Below are positions 18,159-27,310 of a stretch of 57,674 bases of DNA, piece by piece. A program made the position numbers and the translations under genes. The notes under the pieces were generated by a model that was not told the DNA's origin, searched no databases, and worked only from the letters and a program-made list of their open reading frames with translations. Position 1 is the stretch's first letter; every line of letters starts with the position of its first letter. Origin of the DNA: an uncultured archaeon. GTDB lineage: Archaea; Altiarchaeota; Altiarchaeia; IMC4; SCGC-AAA252-I15. The stretch spans positions 1 through 57,674 of the forward strand of contig CABMCB010000010.1 of assembly GCA_902384455.1 (NCBI GenBank), written 5' to 3'.

Positions 18159-19355
18159 ATGGCATTCTTATATATTAACGCCAAAGGACTTCCGTGGAAG
18201 CGGCACTCATATTCCGCAGGAAATACTTTTGACCAGTGCCCTCTCAAGTACAAACTTCAAAAAATTCACGGCTGGAAAGAGAAGAATAACAAGGCTCGCT
18301 TCGAACTTGGAAAAGCATTCGAGTCTGCGGTTCAGTTCTATCACGAGCATCAAGGGGACCTCAATGAGGCCAAGCGACATTTCGAGGGACAGTGGCAGCC
18401 TTATGCTACCGTTGACCTACAGTACACCAAGGTTGAACGAGACTGGGCCAGATGTCGTATTATCGGGCTGGACTGGTTATCACTTTATGCACTCCGACAG
18501 CCATCCCTCCCCATACCTCTTGGCGGACAAACACTTTTTCAGAGAGAGTATGAGAAAGAAGTCTTCCCCGGAGACCCCAATTACGGAGAAATCGTTGATG
18601 CCGGAAAGCTTGATATTGTTTCATGGGTTGAGCCTAACCATCCCCTCTTGCCTCGCCTTGAATGGAAACCAGAGTACGGCGCTCTTCGGCCCATCATCGT
18701 TGACATTAAGACCGCCGGTAACGACTTCCCAGACCACTATGGAATCGCCGCTCATGACCCGCAGCTTCGTCGCTACTCTTGGCTTAGCAGTATCCGCGAT
18801 GTCGCGCTTCTTTGGTTCGTTAAAAAGAGTCCTGCGCTTGCGAAAGGTTACTCGGTAACATTGTTGGAAGACGCGGGATACATGGCAGCCGGAGCGGAGG
18901 CGGTAATCGCGGCCATTGACAAAGAGAGCATTTGGCTCGTCGCCAATGATTTTATTACGGAGGAGATGGAGCGCGTGCAAGGCCAGAAAAACGGAAAGAC
19001 CGACCAGACAGCGGAAGCAAGGGCGCGTCGCGACCAATGGCTGGAAACTAACGCCGTTCGGGTAAGCGAACATCAAATTACAAAACAACGCCTACAATTT
19101 AATGCCGGATATGTCACGATTGAGTCCGCTAACGACGCTGGATTAATTGCTGCACGCCAGATTACTAACATCGTACAATCGTGGCATTCCGGTAATTGGG
19201 AGAATAAGTTTGGAGTGAGATACCCTCACGACGACAGGTCGGACCCATACTTCCGTGCCTTCGTTTTAGGTGACGAGGCGTATAAGGTGGAGAACTTTAC
19301 TAGGTCCGACGAAGAGATTGACCTCTTCGCGGAAGAGGATACGGAGACCGAATAA
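18159..19355 (+). CDS. PD-(D/E)XK RecB/Cas4-like exonuclease
   Basis: HSYS...QCP, GKLDIV, IVDIKT and QLRRY motifs. Confidence 0.85.
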   Translation: MAFLYINAKGLPWKRHSYSAGNTFDQCPLKYKLQKIHGWKEKNNKARFELGKAFESAVQFYHEHQGDLNEAKRHFEGQWQPYATVDLQYTKVERDWARCRIIGLDWLSLYALRQPSLPIPLGGQTLFQREYEKEVFPGDPNYGEIVDAGKLDIVSWVEPNHPLLPRLEWKPEYGALRPIIVDIKTAGNDFPDHYGIAAHDPQLRRYSWLSSIRDVALLWFVKKSPALAKGYSVTLLEDAGYMAAGAEAVIAAIDKESIWLVANDFITEEMERVQGQKNGKTDQTAEARARRDQWLETNAVRVSEHQITKQRLQFNAGYVTIESANDAGLIAARQITNIVQSWHSGNWENKFGVRYPHDDRSDPYFRAFVLGDEAYKVENFTRSDEEIDLFAEEDTETE

Positions 19356-19639
19356 TGAACAAATTAAAGTGCAGTAATGCCGAGTGCTCTGCTTTCATAG
19401 AGACCAGCGAATCCGTCAGTGCCGATGCTACGTACAGTTGCCGAGCCCACACGAAGAAGTATGCGCCGCCGATAGCCTTTCAACATGCCCAATTCGACTC
19501 TGATTTTAGGCGTGCAGCAAACCCCGTCGGCACCACGCACATCCACAATCAAGGCTCCGATACTCAAACATCCGAGGACCTCGTGTGCGGGCCCTTGATG
19601 ACGCCGTCTTATGCACGTAAGAAGGATGCCGATGAATAA
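19355..19639 (+). CDS. Hypothetical protein (Cys/His-rich)
   Basis: CSNAEC...CRAH; coupled to the upstream stop. Confidence 0.6.
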   Translation: MNKLKCSNAECSAFIETSESVSADATYSCRAHTKKYAPPIAFQHAQFDSDFRRAANPVGTTHIHNQGSDTQTSEDLVCGPLMTPSYARKKDADE

Positions 19640-20030
19640 TCCCGCCGATACATTTCGAGAACTGCGCCAGCGTTACTTCGACGGCAGCGAGTCGTTCATG
19701 GCAGGCGGTCATCAGATTTTAAAGATTCGCCGTATCAAGAGAAAGACTCCCGACTGGGTTAACGACGAAAAGAAAATACGCGTCGTGTTGCTACGTTCGT
19801 TCTCAAGCCTGAAAACCAATCAAACACACAGAAGTCATGCTGCTCGTTGGGCTAGGGTGATTCATCTTTATTATCGGGTGGGCATGACGCAGGGACAAGT
19901 AGCCGCTGAGATGGGTATCACCTCCAAGGCAGTCAACAACGTTCTTCGCTCCATTTCTAACGCGATGAAAGGAAAAAAGGCAAACGGTACAGGTTTTCTA
20001 TCTGTTAGAAAAAACGACCAAAGAGGGTGA
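19632..20030 (+). CDS. Sigma-70 region 4-like HTH transcriptional regulator (candidate late activator)
   Basis: RVIHLYYRVGMTQGQVAAEMGITSKAVNNVL. Confidence 0.75.
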   Translation: MNNPADTFRELRQRYFDGSESFMAGGHQILKIRRIKRKTPDWVNDEKKIRVVLLRSFSSLKTNQTHRSHAARWARVIHLYYRVGMTQGQVAAEMGITSKAVNNVLRSISNAMKGKKANGTGFLSVRKNDQRG

Positions 20031-20053
20031 GGTAGTTGGGACCTCTTTGGGAG
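20024..20053 (+). repeat. Conserved 30-bp element, copy 2
   Basis: AGGGTGAGGTAGTTGGGACCTCTTTGGGAG. Confidence 0.85.
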
Positions 20054-20059
20054 TAACCC

Positions 20060-20632
20060 ATGAAACGAGTTAAGGTCCACCACTGTATATCACAGGAAAT
20101 GGTGGCGCAACAAATAGAAGAGCCGCCAGCAAGGAAGTGTCGTTGCAGAGAGATGATTGAGTACAAGGAGGCGGACCAAAAGGTTAAAAAGGGTGAGGCC
20201 CGCTGGACCGTGGTCGGCAGAGAACGGGGAGAACACAAGGTCGTTTGTCCGATGTGCGGCAACAAGCCGGAGATTCGTAACTGCGCTAATTGCAGCGGGA
20301 CCGGAACGGTGGTTGAGCCTGTGATTTGGGAGACATTCGGGGCCGACATTGTGCTTGTTTCTCAAGCGGCAGCGGACCCCAAGGAAAAGAAATACAGACC
20401 CGCGCTAGCAATGAAGACGCCGCGCGTGGCGACTATCGAAAGCGAGCACATCGAATTGGCCTATGTTGACGGTAATAAGGAAGCACAAGAGCGCATCGAA
20501 GAGTACGGGCGTCTTATTTTGGATGCCAGAGCGTTCGTGGGACCAAATAGACTCCCGGCTATCAAGTCGGAACCGAAAGACAACGCGTCACGAAGCGAAG
20601 GCAGAACCTTCGATTATGGGAGGGCGATATGA
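20060..20632 (+). CDS. Zinc-finger hypothetical protein
   Basis: HHC...CRC, CPMC and CANCSGTG (DnaJ-type CxxCxGxG). Confidence 0.7.
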   Translation: MKRVKVHHCISQEMVAQQIEEPPARKCRCREMIEYKEADQKVKKGEARWTVVGRERGEHKVVCPMCGNKPEIRNCANCSGTGTVVEPVIWETFGADIVLVSQAAADPKEKKYRPALAMKTPRVATIESEHIELAYVDGNKEAQERIEEYGRLILDARAFVGPNRLPAIKSEPKDNASRSEGRTFDYGRAI

Positions 20633-20793
20633 GTGACAACAAGGGGCTTACAGTAGGAGAGGCGGTCGGAGCAGCGCTGGCCGGATACCTGTCGTGGGTT
20701 CGCTGGCATAGTGTTACGTGGGCCGTAATTCACGCGATATGTGGGTGGGTTTATGTGATTTATTCTCTGGTTCGCTTCGGGGTGCCCCATTGA
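20629..20793 (+). CDS. Small membrane protein (54 aa, not in ORF track; holin candidate)
   Basis: MSDNKGLTVGEAVGAALAGYLSWVRWHSVTWAVIHAICGWVYVIYSLVRFGVPH; GGAGG RBS and ATGA overlap. Confidence 0.65.
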   Translation: MSDNKGLTVGEAVGAALAGYLSWVRWHSVTWAVIHAICGWVYVIYSLVRFGVPH

Positions 20794-21002
20794 GTAAGAA
20801 AAATAAGAAGACGGTAGTAAAGACGCTTCGTTCCAAGCAGCGCCGAATCTTGGCGAGAGCGGAGAGAGCTTTGGAAGTAGTGGCTTATACCATCCCAACC
20901 AAATTTTTGCTGATGATAGCCAATGCCAGTGAACCCGCCGACCAACGTAATAATCTTTTCAGGATTGCAGCCCAAATCAGGGCGGAGCGTAATTCTATAT
21001 GA
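20790..21002 (+). CDS. Small basic hypothetical protein
   Basis: TTG start overlapping the upstream TGA. Confidence 0.5.
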   Translation: MSKKNKKTVVKTLRSKQRRILARAERALEVVAYTIPTKFLLMIANASEPADQRNNLFRIAAQIRAERNSI

Positions 21003-21610
21003 TTGATAATCATGAGCACTCGGTACACGAGTTAGAACCGGAAGCATTCGTTCCCTCCTCGGAGTTAGAACAGGCAACAAAACTCGCACTAGGACAGATT
21101 ACGGGTCGCTCGTTTTCTGACCGAAACCCGGGATTAGGAAAAATGGTGAATTGTCCATATCACGGTTTTCGTCATCGCGCTCTTGAGTTCGGCGGGCCTT
21201 GTAAACAAACATTCACGTACACAGTGAACGGCCACGAAATTTTCCGAGAAGAAAAAGATACCGACGGCGGCGTTACTTTGGTACCAGATTATCGAACCGC
21301 GCTGAACTCAGACACGCGACAGACACTGAGGCAGGTTATAGGTGCTGCTCAATTCTCGAAGAAACGCCGTCACCCACACCGCTCACGTGCAAAACTAATG
21401 CTTATCGAGCGTACTCGCAAAGTGTTCGATGAACTTGAATTTGATTTGGACGCGCCGAAGGAGCAGTTCGAGAAGGATTTACAACGCGCCCGCGTATTAG
21501 CCGCTCGCCGGATTCGGAAGGAGCGTCGCCTAAAAAGTCGTGCCGCCCGCCGTATGCAGGACCACGCTAACAGGGTCAACCGTGGGCTCATCAGCCCCGG
21601 GCAGGGCTGA
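20999..21610 (+). CDS. Hypothetical protein with Arg-rich C-terminus
   Basis: 203-aa ORF; CPYH motif. Confidence 0.65.
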   Translation: MIDNHEHSVHELEPEAFVPSSELEQATKLALGQITGRSFSDRNPGLGKMVNCPYHGFRHRALEFGGPCKQTFTYTVNGHEIFREEKDTDGGVTLVPDYRTALNSDTRQTLRQVIGAAQFSKKRRHPHRSRAKLMLIERTRKVFDELEFDLDAPKEQFEKDLQRARVLAARRIRKERRLKSRAARRMQDHANRVNRGLISPGQG

Positions 21611-21700
21611 GCACCACCGTGGCACCTATCATCGCTGTCGCGGGACTTATCTTTTTTATTTGTGTACGAATCCGGGAGATTATGATGCACCGGGGACAAC

Positions 21701-22459
21701 GTGATTGATAAAGTCACCATTCTAATTACTACCTTTCTTCGTAGGGGGTTGTTGCGTCGCTGCCTTCAAGGCGTCGCGACCAACCTCCCGGAGTGTGCGG
21801 TTGTAGTAACGTCGGACGACGACATTGACCCGGAGTTTCAAGGCAATGAACGGTGGAGAGAACTCCCATTTGATTCAGGGTTGACCGCAAAAAGAAACGT
21901 AGGGGTGCAATTGGTGAGTACCGAGTACACTCTGCTGGGTTGCGATGATTTTGATTTCTCTACGCCGGACTCCCGCAACGGTGTTTGTTTATTGGCTGAG
22001 GTATTAAATAATAATCCAGCGGTGGACGTGGTATGCGGTCGTCTCTTAGGCCGAGGTAATCATGCTGGTTTTCTTGAGTACATACCGGGTGAATATATTC
22101 GGGAGACCAGACTGAATATCGGGTTAACTCCTCCGTATAGTCGTGCTCCTGTGTCGGTTTGGAAAATCGACCTCGGAATAAATTTTTTCCTTGCCCGCAC
22201 ATCGGTTCTTCGGGAAGTTCCGTGGGACGAAAATATTAAACCTATCGGCGGAGAGCACGGGGACTTTTTCCTATCATTGAAAGAGGCCGGTAAGACGGTA
22301 GTATTTTTGCCGTCTGCGAACATCGAAGAGATGACCCCGTTGCCGGGAGATGTCGATGAGCGGTACGCAGCACTTCGACGGAGGGCGCAGGAAGGACATG
22401 AAATCTTTTTAAAGAAGCGCGGAATCAAGAGATACATTTCTTTCGGAGAAAAACCATGA
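21701..22459 (+). CDS. Glycosyltransferase family 2-like (GT-A fold)
   Basis: ILITTFLR, VTSDD, GLTAKRN, GCDDF, NFFLAR and EHGDFF; resembles B4GALNT-type GT-A domains. Confidence 0.85.
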   Translation: MIDKVTILITTFLRRGLLRRCLQGVATNLPECAVVVTSDDDIDPEFQGNERWRELPFDSGLTAKRNVGVQLVSTEYTLLGCDDFDFSTPDSRNGVCLLAEVLNNNPAVDVVCGRLLGRGNHAGFLEYIPGEYIRETRLNIGLTPPYSRAPVSVWKIDLGINFFLARTSVLREVPWDENIKPIGGEHGDFFLSLKEAGKTVVFLPSANIEEMTPLPGDVDERYAALRRRAQEGHEIFLKKRGIKRYISFGEKP

Positions 22460-23355
22460 TAGATTTAGTTGTGTATCATAACGCATGTCCCGACGGCTGG
22501 GCCGCTGCATACATCGCCAAGAAGAGATGGCCGGGTGCTGAACTTCTGCCGATGAATTACGGGCAAGACTTGTCTGAGCTATTCTTAAAGTCGGCTGGTA
22601 AGCACATTTTCATGGTGGACTATTCTCTTCGTACTCGGGAACTAAATGACCAACTAAATTCAGAAGCTAAGCGGTTGTGGATTTTAGACCACCACAAAAC
22701 AGCAAAGGCTGTGTTGGAGGGAGCGAACTACGCGACCTTTGATATGGAGCGCTCCGGCGCAGGCTTAGCGTGGGATTATCTTTTCGGGATAGATAGCGAT
22801 GCCCTTTGTAGAGAGGCTAACGCTCGACCTTGGTTCGTTAATTATACAGAAGACCGAGACCTCTGGCGTAATAAGCTGCCGCGCAGCGAAGAGGTGAATG
22901 CATACCTGATTAGCGCAGAACGTACAACGGAAAAGTGGGACGAGATTGCAAAGATGTCTCTGGATGATGCCGTTCATGCGGGTAGCGCAGCAAGGCAGTA
23001 TATCGAATATTACGTTCGCGGCGTGGGTGTAGAGACTCAAGCGGGAGTGTATGTGTTTTCTGGCCGCAACTACCACACGGGCGTCGTGAATATGCCGTAT
23101 GTGGGGGTTAGTGATGCGCTGCACGCGGTCGTGAAGGCTGGCTTCGACATCGGTATGGCGTGGTTTGAGCGCGGTGACGGAGTGGTTCAGTTCTCTCTTC
23201 GCTCGGAGGGCGACACGGATGTGTCGGAGATTGCGAAATCTCAAGGCGGCGGAGGGCATAAGCATGCCGCAGGATACCAGCTACCACTAACAGCGGCAAG
23301 AGCCCACATTGACTGGATACTAGGGAGAACAAACCATGTTACTCGTTGCTGTTAA
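22456..23355 (+). CDS. DHH/DHHA1 phosphoesterase
   Basis: YHNACPDG, MVDYS, LDHHKT, EDRDLW, SLRS and GGGHKHAAG motifs. Confidence 0.9.
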   Translation: MIDLVVYHNACPDGWAAAYIAKKRWPGAELLPMNYGQDLSELFLKSAGKHIFMVDYSLRTRELNDQLNSEAKRLWILDHHKTAKAVLEGANYATFDMERSGAGLAWDYLFGIDSDALCREANARPWFVNYTEDRDLWRNKLPRSEEVNAYLISAERTTEKWDEIAKMSLDDAVHAGSAARQYIEYYVRGVGVETQAGVYVFSGRNYHTGVVNMPYVGVSDALHAVVKAGFDIGMAWFERGDGVVQFSLRSEGDTDVSEIAKSQGGGGHKHAAGYQLPLTAARAHIDWILGRTNHVTRCC

Positions 23356-24016
23356 ATCTTGCCTTCGAGATTTAGACCGAGGTTGTCACGATGTAATTCG
23401 TGCAACATGGGGTAAAGACTTGCCAAGGAGTGAATCAATGGTCCGCTTCTTCGTAGGGATGGAGGTGGATGGAAAAACCTCCCGAAACTTTAAAAGCGAC
23501 GAGGTCGTTCTCAGCGCACCGGATGACTACGCAGGTCTCCCATTTAAAACTCGCGAGATTACGCGCTGGGCCACTACAAAGGCGGTTTCTCACGCTTTTC
23601 TTTGTGATACCGATACCTTCGTGAAGCCCAAGAAACTTTTAGAGTGTGGTTTTGAGCAAGCCGACTACATGGGCAAGATAAGTAAGCCGATTGGAGAGAG
23701 ATTTTCTTACGAGGACGTAGACCGCGCCGGACAAAAACATGTATATGACCGCGCTTTTCCTTGGGCTAGCGGCGGTTTCGGCTACTTTCTATCTAAAGGT
23801 GCTTGCTTCGAGGTCTCCGACCAATATCCGGCGGGGATGTGGGCGGAAGATTTTTGGGTTGGCCAAGTAATGGGAGAGCAAGCAGCGCAGGGCTATGCTG
23901 TAATCGAGGATGTGCCCGCCGGTACTTACTCGTTTCACTTTCCTCAAGGGAAATACGGCTCGCAGTATGACCCGAAGTTCAAGTGGATGGAGCAAATGTA
24001 CGAGGAGAATAAGTGA
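23336..24016 (+). CDS. GT31-like (Fringe/beta-1,3-galactosyltransferase-like) glycosyltransferase
   Basis: IRATWG, DDYAGLPFKT, CDTDTFV, ASGGFGYFLS and AEDFWVG motifs. Confidence 0.8.
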   Translation: MLLVAVKSCLRDLDRGCHDVIRATWGKDLPRSESMVRFFVGMEVDGKTSRNFKSDEVVLSAPDDYAGLPFKTREITRWATTKAVSHAFLCDTDTFVKPKKLLECGFEQADYMGKISKPIGERFSYEDVDRAGQKHVYDRAFPWASGGFGYFLSKGACFEVSDQYPAGMWAEDFWVGQVMGEQAAQGYAVIEDVPAGTYSFHFPQGKYGSQYDPKFKWMEQMYEENK

Positions 24017-24816
24017 TTACGACAATTTTAAGAGGCGGAATGGGTAATCAAATGTTTCAATACGCTATGGGTTTAGATACCGCCCGTCGTCTCGGAACCA
24101 AACTGGCATTGGACACCACGCATCTTCGCTCTAACTGGAAGCGCCAGTACAGCCTCGGATTATTCAATATCAATGACCCCCAAGTAGAAGGAAGTGAGCC
24201 CACCGTGTCGGAGGCATGCCTGCCCTACGACTCCTCGCTCGTGAAGCGTATCAAGGACGGCGACGTGCTTCTCGGGTACTGGCAAAGTGAGAAGTATTTT
24301 AAAGACTTAGACACCCGCATCATGCTTCGCCACAGATTTTTTCCGAAGGGCAAGATACCGGCAGCAGCAGAGGATTTTTCTAATGAAATTCTTGCGACAG
24401 GCGAGCGCGGCGTTATGATTGGTGTTCGTCGAGGAGATTATCTCGTGAGTTCGTATCACGGCGTAATGACCTCAGAATATTATTTAAGAGGGCTCTCGGC
24501 TCTCGGCGTACAAAAGCCGATTCTCTTCGTATTCTCAGATGACCCGGTATGGTGTCGTCGGGTACTGGCAATGGAGTTGCCGCATCCGATACATATCTTT
24601 CAAGGAGATGTATCGGTCCCAAATCACTTAGGGCGAGAAGACGTTGACCTCTGGTTGATGAGCCAGTGCTCAAATTTCGTAATCGGAAACAGCACATTTC
24701 ACTGGTGGGGCGCGTGGCTTTCTACTCGTTTTAATGTGGTTGCACCGAAGAACTGGTTTGCATCGAGCAAGGAAGACCCGAGAGATATTTGCCCCGAACA
24801 CTGGCTGAGAGTATGA
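24013..24816 (+). CDS. GT11 alpha-1,2-fucosyltransferase
   Basis: GGMGNQMFQYA, GYWQSEKYF, VRRGDY, FSDD and NSTFHWWGAWL motifs. Confidence 0.92.
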   Translation: MITTILRGGMGNQMFQYAMGLDTARRLGTKLALDTTHLRSNWKRQYSLGLFNINDPQVEGSEPTVSEACLPYDSSLVKRIKDGDVLLGYWQSEKYFKDLDTRIMLRHRFFPKGKIPAAAEDFSNEILATGERGVMIGVRRGDYLVSSYHGVMTSEYYLRGLSALGVQKPILFVFSDDPVWCRRVLAMELPHPIHIFQGDVSVPNHLGREDVDLWLMSQCSNFVIGNSTFHWWGAWLSTRFNVVAPKNWFASSKEDPRDICPEHWLRV

Positions 24817-25511
24817 AGATTGTACTAATCACTATTGCTGACGGCGCTGCATATTGGGATTACGCCCGCAACATGTTTGCGTCTGCGAAGGAGTATTTCC
24901 CTCGACACGACCAGATTACATTCACTGAGCGCCCATTTAAAGCAACCAGCACATTTCTTCGCGGGAACGAATACCATCTACAAATTGCTTCAAGAGGATA
25001 CCCGGGCGCAACGCTTTACCGCTACCACGCATTTTTACAATACGAGCACTGGCTCAATAAATACGACTACGTTTTCTACTGCGATGCCGACATGGAGTTC
25101 GTTGCTCCAGTAGGCGACATCTTCGCGCCGCTTGTTGCTGTGCTGCATCCGGGTTATCTCGGAACACGCGGTACGCCGGAGGACCGCCCACAATCGGCGG
25201 CATACTGTACTAATAACGGTGCATACTACGCCGGTGGCTTTCAAGGCGGGGAGTCAGTGGCATACTTAAGTGCGGCAAAAGATATGGCTGGCAAAATCAC
25301 AGAAGATGCGCTTCGCCAAATCACGGCGGTGTGGCATGATGAGTCGCACTGGAATCATTACCTTGCTAACCTTCCCACTAATGACCGTCTGTTAGCGCTC
25401 GGTCCTAGCTATTGCTTTCCAGAAGGCTCCAAACAAGCATACCCGCCTATTTTGATTGCATTGGATAAACGTAAGCGCGGTAATCATCCGAGGTTTCCCA
25501 GTGCGTGTTAG
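24813..25511 (+). CDS. GT6 alpha-1,3-Gal/GalNAc transferase (ABO-type)
   Basis: TLYRY, YDYVFYCDADM, LHPG, YYAGGFQGG and AVWHDESHWNHY motifs. Confidence 0.92.
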   Translation: MKIVLITIADGAAYWDYARNMFASAKEYFPRHDQITFTERPFKATSTFLRGNEYHLQIASRGYPGATLYRYHAFLQYEHWLNKYDYVFYCDADMEFVAPVGDIFAPLVAVLHPGYLGTRGTPEDRPQSAAYCTNNGAYYAGGFQGGESVAYLSAAKDMAGKITEDALRQITAVWHDESHWNHYLANLPTNDRLLALGPSYCFPEGSKQAYPPILIALDKRKRGNHPRFPSAC

Positions 25512-26109
25512 CATCATCATTCTGTATGTAGCGTCGGGACCGCTGCTGGACGAGGCTGTTAAAAGCGCGGAAAACCAGACGCTGCCGCCGTACGAGGTTA
25601 TCGCGGAGCACGACCCCGGCAGAACGGGGATAGCTGCGACCCGTAATCGGGCACTGGCGAAAGCCACGGGGGACGCGTTTGTGCCGCTCGATTCAGATGA
25701 TTGGGTCGAGCCGACATTTTTGGAAAAGACTGTGCCGCTCCTTGTCGGAGCCGTGGGCATAGTTTCTACTGCGTTTGAATACCACGGGATTCACGACGGA
25801 TTAATCATGGCCGCATATTCTAGAACATTGAGAGAACAGTTATGCTCAAACAATATTTGCGGCTGTTCGTTGGTTGACCGTCGTGCTTATGATGCGGCGG
25901 GGCCGTACGACGGCTTCATCCCGGGCTGGGAGGATTGGGATATGTGGATTCGAATTTTGAAGGCAGGTTGGACCCACGAGGTAGTGAACGAGCCGCTGTT
26001 CCATTACCGTCTCACGAACACAGGAATGAATGCGTACGCATCTGCTCGGAAAGCAGAGAATCGTGCCAAGATGAGGGAGAAGCATGGAGAGGGAGAGTAT
26101 TACGCATGA
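25501..26109 (+). CDS. Glycosyltransferase family 2
   Basis: VSIII, GIAATRN, LDSDD, WEDWDMWIR and LFHYR motifs. Confidence 0.9.
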   Translation: MRVSIIILYVASGPLLDEAVKSAENQTLPPYEVIAEHDPGRTGIAATRNRALAKATGDAFVPLDSDDWVEPTFLEKTVPLLVGAVGIVSTAFEYHGIHDGLIMAAYSRTLREQLCSNNICGCSLVDRRAYDAAGPYDGFIPGWEDWDMWIRILKAGWTHEVVNEPLFHYRLTNTGMNAYASARKAENRAKMREKHGEGEYYA

Positions 26110-26576
26110 GAGCCGTAGAGCGCGAGAAATATCCAAAACTCTACAAGAAACACCTTGCTTTCGGGCGTAGCAAGAGAGGTCGTAGACTGAATAAACGGGC
26201 CGTTAAAAAGTACGTGAACAGTGAAAAAGGAAAAGAAGTCCGAAGCAAATATCAGACCGGGGCGGGAGCAGAAATTCACAAAATTTCAGTGAAGAAATAC
26301 AATAGTTCGAATCACGGCCAAATCAACCGCCGTTTGTGGAATAAGGGTTTATCTAAAACAGAGAAAGAGAAGGCTAGAAAAGCATGGGACCAATTTGATG
26401 GGCGCTGTCAGTGCTGTGGGCGACGTAGAATAACTAAACGCGGATGGCATCTGGACCACAAGGGAAAGAAATTTCGAGGAATACTTTGTCACCATTGTAA
26501 CATTGCCCTCGGGTTCCTCAATGATAGTGTTGAGAGATGCAACCAAGTAATCTCGTATCTGGAGAAAACAAAATGA
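26106..26576 (+). CDS. Endonuclease VII-like HNH nuclease (second copy)
   Basis: CQCCG...WHLDH...RGILCHHCNIALG with a basic N-terminus. Confidence 0.85.
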   Translation: MRAVEREKYPKLYKKHLAFGRSKRGRRLNKRAVKKYVNSEKGKEVRSKYQTGAGAEIHKISVKKYNSSNHGQINRRLWNKGLSKTEKEKARKAWDQFDGRCQCCGRRRITKRGWHLDHKGKKFRGILCHHCNIALGFLNDSVERCNQVISYLEKTK

Positions 26577-27310
26577 AAATTGTGTTCGTGGGAGATGTCC
26601 ACGGGAAGACCGACCAATATCAAAAGAAGCTGCGTCAGAAATATAAGGGGCAGCGTACTTTTCAACTAGGCGATATGGGTTTTGGTTTCCCGGGCACGCC
26701 GGGTCTACACAAAGATATTATGGAGAGCGGCGACCACAAGTGGATTCGCGGGAACCACGACGACCCAGACGCGTGCCGCTCCAAGATTGGGTACGCTGGC
26801 GACTACGGCTACTGGCCGGATGACCGGCTATTTTTCCTCGGCGGCGCATACTCTATCGACAAGATGTGGCGCGTGCCGGGAAGGTCGTGGTGGGCGGGAG
26901 AAGAGTTGAGCTACACCGAACTTCAAGCCGCCATCGACCTTTACAAAGAGGTTAAGCCGAAGTATGTGGCGACGCACGAGGCACCCAGCGACGCCGGGAA
27001 GTATATGCTGATGCAACTGATGGTCGGCTTTCGCGCAGATAAATTGGAGTGTAGCATGAGTCGTACCGCTGAGGCGTTACAAGTCATGTTTGACTTCTAC
27101 CGGCCCCAAGAATGGGTTTTCGGCCATTATCACGCTGACAAGTCATTCGACTGGAACGGCACAAAATTTACTTGCGTTAATGAGCTTTCGTGCTACACTA
27201 TATCCGATGAGCCGTTTTTGGCACCACTAAGTAACGCGGGAAAAACCGTGGACGGAATCACTTATGTAATACCCGAGGGCACAAGCATCAGAATCATCGA
27301 CAACGAATGA
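26573..27310 (+). CDS. Calcineurin-like metallophosphoesterase
   Basis: GDVHG, GDMG, GNHD, THE and GHYH motifs. Confidence 0.9.
   Translation: MKIVFVGDVHGKTDQYQKKLRQKYKGQRTFQLGDMGFGFPGTPGLHKDIMESGDHKWIRGNHDDPDACRSKIGYAGDYGYWPDDRLFFLGGAYSIDKMWRVPGRSWWAGEELSYTELQAAIDLYKEVKPKYVATHEAPSDAGKYMLMQLMVGFRADKLECSMSRTAEALQVMFDFYRPQEWVFGHYHADKSFDWNGTKFTCVNELSCYTISDEPFLAPLSNAGKTVDGITYVIPEGTSIRIIDNE

Noticed and set aside
18115-18858. 247-aa alternative-frame ORF over the exonuclease, and the many antisense ORFs over large genes
   Set aside because: They overlap well-supported genes and lack motifs or RBS; treated as shadow ORFs.
3308-20053. The 30-bp repeats as attL/attR prophage ends
   Set aside because: Phage genes lie on both sides of each copy, the integrase is 16 kb away, and each copy is in register with a stop codon and RBS, which fits regulation better.
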